Shown: positions 60,297 through 64,000 of the stretch, in pieces
How positions within the stretch are numbered: position 1 is the stretch's first letter
Layout of the letters: each line of letters opens with the position of its first letter
Source: an uncultured Pseudomonadota bacterium
Lineage (GTDB): Bacteria > Pseudomonadota > Alphaproteobacteria > Rhizobiales > Beijerinckiaceae
Assembly (NCBI GenBank): GCA_963807735.1
Contig: CAWEDI010000001.1
Location: 1-64,000, forward strand
Direction of reading: 5' to 3'
Length of the DNA stretch: 64,000 nucleotides
Notes under the pieces: generated by a model
Seen by the model: the letters and a program-made list of their open reading frames with translations, nothing else
Databases searched by the model: none
Told to the model about the DNA's origin: nothing
Position numbers and translations under genes: made by a program

Positions 60297-62360
60297 ATGC
60301 TGCGGCAAAGCCAATTCGAAGGGCAGTCCCTCGTTTCTCCCGCCGAGTTGGAGAGTTACGGCTTCTACCAGAGCTGGAGCGCCGGCGATCTCCTTACGCA
60401 CGCCGAACGTTTCAACGCTGACGGCGCCTCGAACGTCGCCGCCGCGCTGTATAAGAATTGGATCGCCGCCAACCCTCGTCACGATTTTTTGCATGCCGCC
60501 TACTTTAACTACAGTTTTTCGCTGGCGAAGGCGGGCGATCGACTTGGAGCGATCGCCGCCGCTCGTGAGTGCCAGCGGCTGAAGCCGGATTTCTTCCCCA
60601 TTTATGTCAATCTCGGACGGCTTCTCGAAGACGCCGGCCAACTCGCCGAAGCGATCGAACAATGGCGGTCGATGATCGAACATCTGCCTCAAATTCGTGG
60701 CGAGACGATACGGAACAAACTCACTGCGCTTGAACAAATGGCGCGCGTTCTTGAGGCGCACGACATCGACGGGCCGGGCGAGGAGGCGTTGCGGCTTTCG
60801 CTCGATATTTCCATTCATCAACCCGCTGTGATCCAGCATTACATTGCATTGCGGCAACGCCAATGCAAATGGCCCGTTGTTCAGGGGTGGGATGGCGTCA
60901 AGACGGAAGCCCTGATGTCGGACATTTCGCCGCTTTCGATTGCCAATTTGTCCAACGACCCGCTATTCCAGTTCGCGCGCTCAGCGACCTATTATCGAGA
61001 GCTTGTCGGTCCGAGACCGAGCCAAGTCGAGATCCCAGCGCCGCCCGCGGCGATGGATCGCAAGCCGGGGCGCTTGCGCATCGGATACGTATCTTCCGAT
61101 CTTCGGGAGCACGCCGTCGGCTTTGCAATGACTGACGTGCTGGAGACACACGACAAAAACAATTTCGAGATCTTCGCGTATTACTGCGGGATCGCTCGTG
61201 ATGACGGTATCAAACAGCGGTGCCGAAGCGCTGCAGATCAATGGATCGACATCAACGAACTTAGCGATGAGGAGGCGGCTCGGCGAATACGGGCCGACGA
61301 TGTTGATATTCTCGTCGATTTAAACGGCTTTACCAAGAGCGCGCGGACAAAGGTCCTCTCATTTCGCCCGGCGCCCGTGATCGTCAATTGGTTTGGTTTT
61401 CCCGGTACTATGGGTTCGCCGGATCATCACTATCTGATCGCCGACTCCCGGGTCATTCCGCCTGAAGCCGAGCGCTTTTACACAGAGAAGGTTGTGCGGC
61501 TCTCTTGTTACCAACCGAACGACCGTAAACGCATCGTCGCCGCCCCGTCTAGTCGCGCGGGCGAGGGATTGCCAGACGACGCATTTGTGTTCTGCTCGCT
61601 CAACGGTCCGCAAAAGTTTACACCGAGCATTTTTTCAAGCTGGATGGGGATACTCAGTGCGGTGCCCAACAGCGTCATGTGGTTGTTCGGCGGCGCGGGC
61701 GACACCAACGACCGCTTGCGGGCATTTGCGCGCGCAGCCAACGTTGCGTCGGAGCGACTCATTTTTGCAGAGAAGAAGGCTAACCCGCATCACGTGGCGC
61801 GCTACGCGCTGGCGGATTTGTTCCTCGATACGTTTCCTTATGGCTCGCACACGACAGCCGCCGATTCGCTCTGGATGGGCCTGCCGGTCGTCACGTTCTC
61901 TGGCCGCACCTTTGCCTCGCGGGTCTGTGCAAGTCTTTTGCATGCCGCTGGAATTGGAGAGTTGGCATGCGCGTCGCGCGAACAATACGTTGAAACTGCT
62001 GTCGCCCTAGCGAAAGATCGCCACGCCCTTAAGCTTCTGAGACAACGGCTTGTCGAGAATCGTGACAAGTGCCGGTTGTTCGATACGCCGACGTTGGTCC
62101 GAGAATTGGAGGAAGCCTACCGCGGTATGCACGAGGACTATAAGGTCGGCCGACTTCCGATCCCTAATCTAATCAATATCGGCTACTACCACGAGATCGG
62201 CGTTGCGCTCAGTGCAGGAGAGTTAAATGATGACGCCTATCTGGGCGTCTACACGCACGAACTCGCGCGACGGGATGCGATCACTCCCATACCGAGGGAC
62301 GGGCGGGCTTGGGACGGGCGGCCGGGCAAAAAAAGTTCCCAGCTGAACTTTTTTTCTTAA
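60297..62360 (+). CDS. TPR-domain + GT41 (O-GlcNAc transferase/SPINDLY-type) protein glycosyltransferase
   Basis: N-terminal TPR-like helices (LYKNWIAANP..., CQRLKPDFFPIYVNLGRLLEDAGQLAEAIEQW). C-terminal GT41 motifs: RIGYVSSDLREHAVG, VDLNGFT, FCSLNGPQKFTP, PNSVMWLFGG, LADLFLDTFPYGSHTTAADSLWMGLPVVTFSGRTFASRV. Confidence 0.85.
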   Translation: MLRQSQFEGQSLVSPAELESYGFYQSWSAGDLLTHAERFNADGASNVAAALYKNWIAANPRHDFLHAAYFNYSFSLAKAGDRLGAIAAARECQRLKPDFFPIYVNLGRLLEDAGQLAEAIEQWRSMIEHLPQIRGETIRNKLTALEQMARVLEAHDIDGPGEEALRLSLDISIHQPAVIQHYIALRQRQCKWPVVQGWDGVKTEALMSDISPLSIANLSNDPLFQFARSATYYRELVGPRPSQVEIPAPPAAMDRKPGRLRIGYVSSDLREHAVGFAMTDVLETHDKNNFEIFAYYCGIARDDGIKQRCRSAADQWIDINELSDEEAARRIRADDVDILVDLNGFTKSARTKVLSFRPAPVIVNWFGFPGTMGSPDHHYLIADSRVIPPEAERFYTEKVVRLSCYQPNDRKRIVAAPSSRAGEGLPDDAFVFCSLNGPQKFTPSIFSSWMGILSAVPNSVMWLFGGAGDTNDRLRAFARAANVASERLIFAEKKANPHHVARYALADLFLDTFPYGSHTTAADSLWMGLPVVTFSGRTFASRVCASLLHAAGIGELACASREQYVETAVALAKDRHALKLLRQRLVENRDKCRLFDTPTLVRELEEAYRGMHEDYKVGRLPIPNLINIGYYHEIGVALSAGELNDDAYLGVYTHELARRDAITPIPRDGRAWDGRPGKKSSQLNFFS

Positions 62361-62455
62361 AGCGGCTTGCGTTTTTTGCAACGCAATGTATCTTATTGCT
62401 GTGCGGCGCCAGTCGCCGCATATGCCCTCCTTGGGCGTTTCCTCCCTTAACTCGG

Positions 62456-62491
62456 GGCCGCTGTCTTACGATAGCGGCCTCCTTTTATTTT
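62456..62491 (+). terminator. Rho-independent terminator after the GT41 gene
   Basis: GGCCGCT-GTCTTACGAT-AGCGGCC followed by TCCTTTTATTTT. Confidence 0.6.
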
Positions 62492-62508
62492 CAGTCAAAT
62501 TTTCTCGT

Positions 62509-63576
62509 TCATCCTAGCGTGACAACGCGCCCCGTTCGGATGCTTTCGTCCGCCGCGAGGACGATCCGAAGCGAATCAATCGCCGCCCGGACATGTTCGG
62601 TTGTATCCTCTTTCTCGCGGATGGCTTTTAGAAAGGCTCGCTGCTCGCGATTGCAAAGCTCCTGATGCCCCGGCTCGTCATCCATGCGTAGAATCTCGTC
62701 GCGCTTTGCAAAGCGCCCATCCGGCCCGACAGCGGCGTGGTGCAATCGTAGAGCGCTGGTTTTTGTGTGCGAGTCAATGTCGGAAGATTCCGTCTTGCTC
62801 TCGTCGACGGCGATCGAAACGGCACCCTTGGGGCCAATCATGTCTTTCACGAAGAAGGCAGTTTGGCTCATCATCGGTCCCCAGCCGGCCTCGTACCAGC
62901 CGATGGAGTCGTCATCGAAAGCGACTTGGAGACAACCATAATTGTACATTGCGGGCGACACTTCGTCCGATAACCGCGCGCCGAGCGCATGGACCCGCAA
63001 TGGCCGCGCGCCCGTCACTTGACACATCACGTCGACGTAATGGACGCCACAGTCGACGATCGGACTGACCGTTTCCATGAGCTTCTTGTGAGTCGTCCAT
63101 TCTGCTCCGAGCGACTGTTGATTAAGGTTCATCCGCAACACCAGCGGCTTCCCGAGCGTACGGCCGATCTCTACGAATTTCTTCCAGGAAGGGTGCACGC
63201 GGAGGATATAGCCGATCGTCAAACTTCGGCTCCTCGCGATCGCGAGCGCCGCGATAGACTCCGCTTCCGCCACCGTTTGGGCGAGCGGCTTTTCGATAAA
63301 GACATGAGCGTCCGCCTCTAGGGCGGCTCGCGCGAACGAAGCATGTGTGTCAGGCCACGTGTTGATGGAGACGGCTTCGGGCTTTGTCGCCGCTAAAGCC
63401 GCTGCGAAGTCGTCGAAGCGCGGCACGCCCCGAAACTCAGCCTCAACGTCGGGCCGTCGGTAAATGTCGCGGCTGCACAAGCCGACGATTTCGAAACCCT
63501 CGATTTCCTTATAGGCGCGCGCGTGGCTGAGCCCCATGTTGCCAAGACCAACGACGAGTATGCGGACGTTCTGCAT
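62509..63576 (-). CDS. Gfo/Idh/MocA family oxidoreductase
   Basis: VRILVVGLGNMGLSHA, FIEKPLA. Start at ATG 63576 or 63588. Confidence 0.85.
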   Translation of the reverse strand: MQNVRILVVGLGNMGLSHARAYKEIEGFEIVGLCSRDIYRRPDVEAEFRGVPRFDDFAAALAATKPEAVSINTWPDTHASFARAALEADAHVFIEKPLAQTVAEAESIAALAIARSRSLTIGYILRVHPSWKKFVEIGRTLGKPLVLRMNLNQQSLGAEWTTHKKLMETVSPIVDCGVHYVDVMCQVTGARPLRVHALGARLSDEVSPAMYNYGCLQVAFDDDSIGWYEAGWGPMMSQTAFFVKDMIGPKGAVSIAVDESKTESSDIDSHTKTSALRLHHAAVGPDGRFAKRDEILRMDDEPGHQELCNREQRAFLKAIREKEDTTEHVRAAIDSLRIVLAADESIRTGRVVTLG

Positions 63577-64000
63577 AATTGACCTCACGCGTTGAACAGG
63601 CCAGATTTGATACAGGCTTTCGAGGCTTGTTGAGCGCCGTCACGTGGGGCTCATTCGCATCTATCCATGGCATGCGCTACATCGTCAGCACTTTACGCAT
63701 TTGCGTGAACATGTTCGGTCATCGGTGCATTTGAGAGGGACGTCTTCTACGATTTATAGAAGTCGTCGACTTCGAGAACTCGCACAAGCTATCAGGTTTT
63801 TTTTATAGAGAACAAGGCCCAGCGGCTGGCGAGCTTAGGAGTTCGATCCCCGCTCGAGAACCAAGACCTCACCAGCGCTAATCTGCTAGACGCCCCAAAT
63901 AGCTCGTTGATATAGACGTATTTTGGGCGGTACGCATGACTTATCTTCAGCAACACGGACCCGTAGTACTTGTTCGCGGTCCTGGGTCGATCTTCGTTGA

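Noticed and set aside
60240-60863. 207-aa minus-strand ORF overlapping the start of the GT41 gene.
   Set aside because: It is antisense to a gene with clear TPR/GT41 motifs and has no family features of its own.
63781-63866. An intact tRNA or tmRNA gene ending in ...GTTCGATCCCCGCTCGAGAACCA.
   Set aside because: The 5' T-stem half (AGGAG) does not pair with CCCGC. No acceptor 5' strand (TTCTCGA) sits at the right distance, and no D or anticodon arms could be drawn.

Overview
High-GC chromosomal window from an alphaproteobacterial (Rhizobiales-type) methylotroph. It is mostly core genome and includes the replication-initiation neighbourhood. Left to right: (1) a small oxygenase/oxidoreductase cluster. 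(2) A minus-strand nitrite-assimilation/NO-detoxification operon (globin, NirA, CysJ-like reductase, FNT channel). Its upstream nitrate uptake and sensing genes (narK, nasS, nasT) look decayed, yet a sigma-54 promoter and a leader terminator are still recognisable. (3) dnaA, interrupted by an apparent 1-nt frameshift, then DUF952 and pyrD. (4) A tetrahydromethanopterin C1-oxidation island: fae, CitG-like gene, RimK-like ATP-grasp, mch and a second ATP-grasp gene, divergent from fhcBADC. (5) A same-strand DUF/ExbB-like three-to-four gene membrane cassette, then secE-nusG. (6) Housekeeping and accessory genes: lysR, trxB, GST, P450, nitronate monooxygenase, USP, Sel1, YafY, rph, gltB, ltaE, lysA, TIGR02302. 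(7) The probable chromosomal origin, an AT-rich hemJ / DUF299(ppsR-like) intergenic region with DnaA boxes and a CtrA-type box, followed by maf-coaE-dnaQ and secB. (8) The most unusual locus: a 6.5-kb gene for a roughly 2180-aa, almost uncharged Thr/Ser/Leu/Ala/Asn/Gln protein built from about 8-residue repeats nested in about 109/218-residue super-repeats. It follows a strongly AT-rich upstream region, is interrupted by one +1 frameshift, and is followed by a TPR-GT41 (OGT/SPY-type) protein glycosyltransferase. No rRNA, intact tRNA, CRISPR array or transposase was recognised. Many long ORFs in the six-frame track are Arg/Pro/Ala-rich shadow frames of real genes and were discarded. The track also translates GTG/TTG starts as M, so several starts were re-placed by hand.
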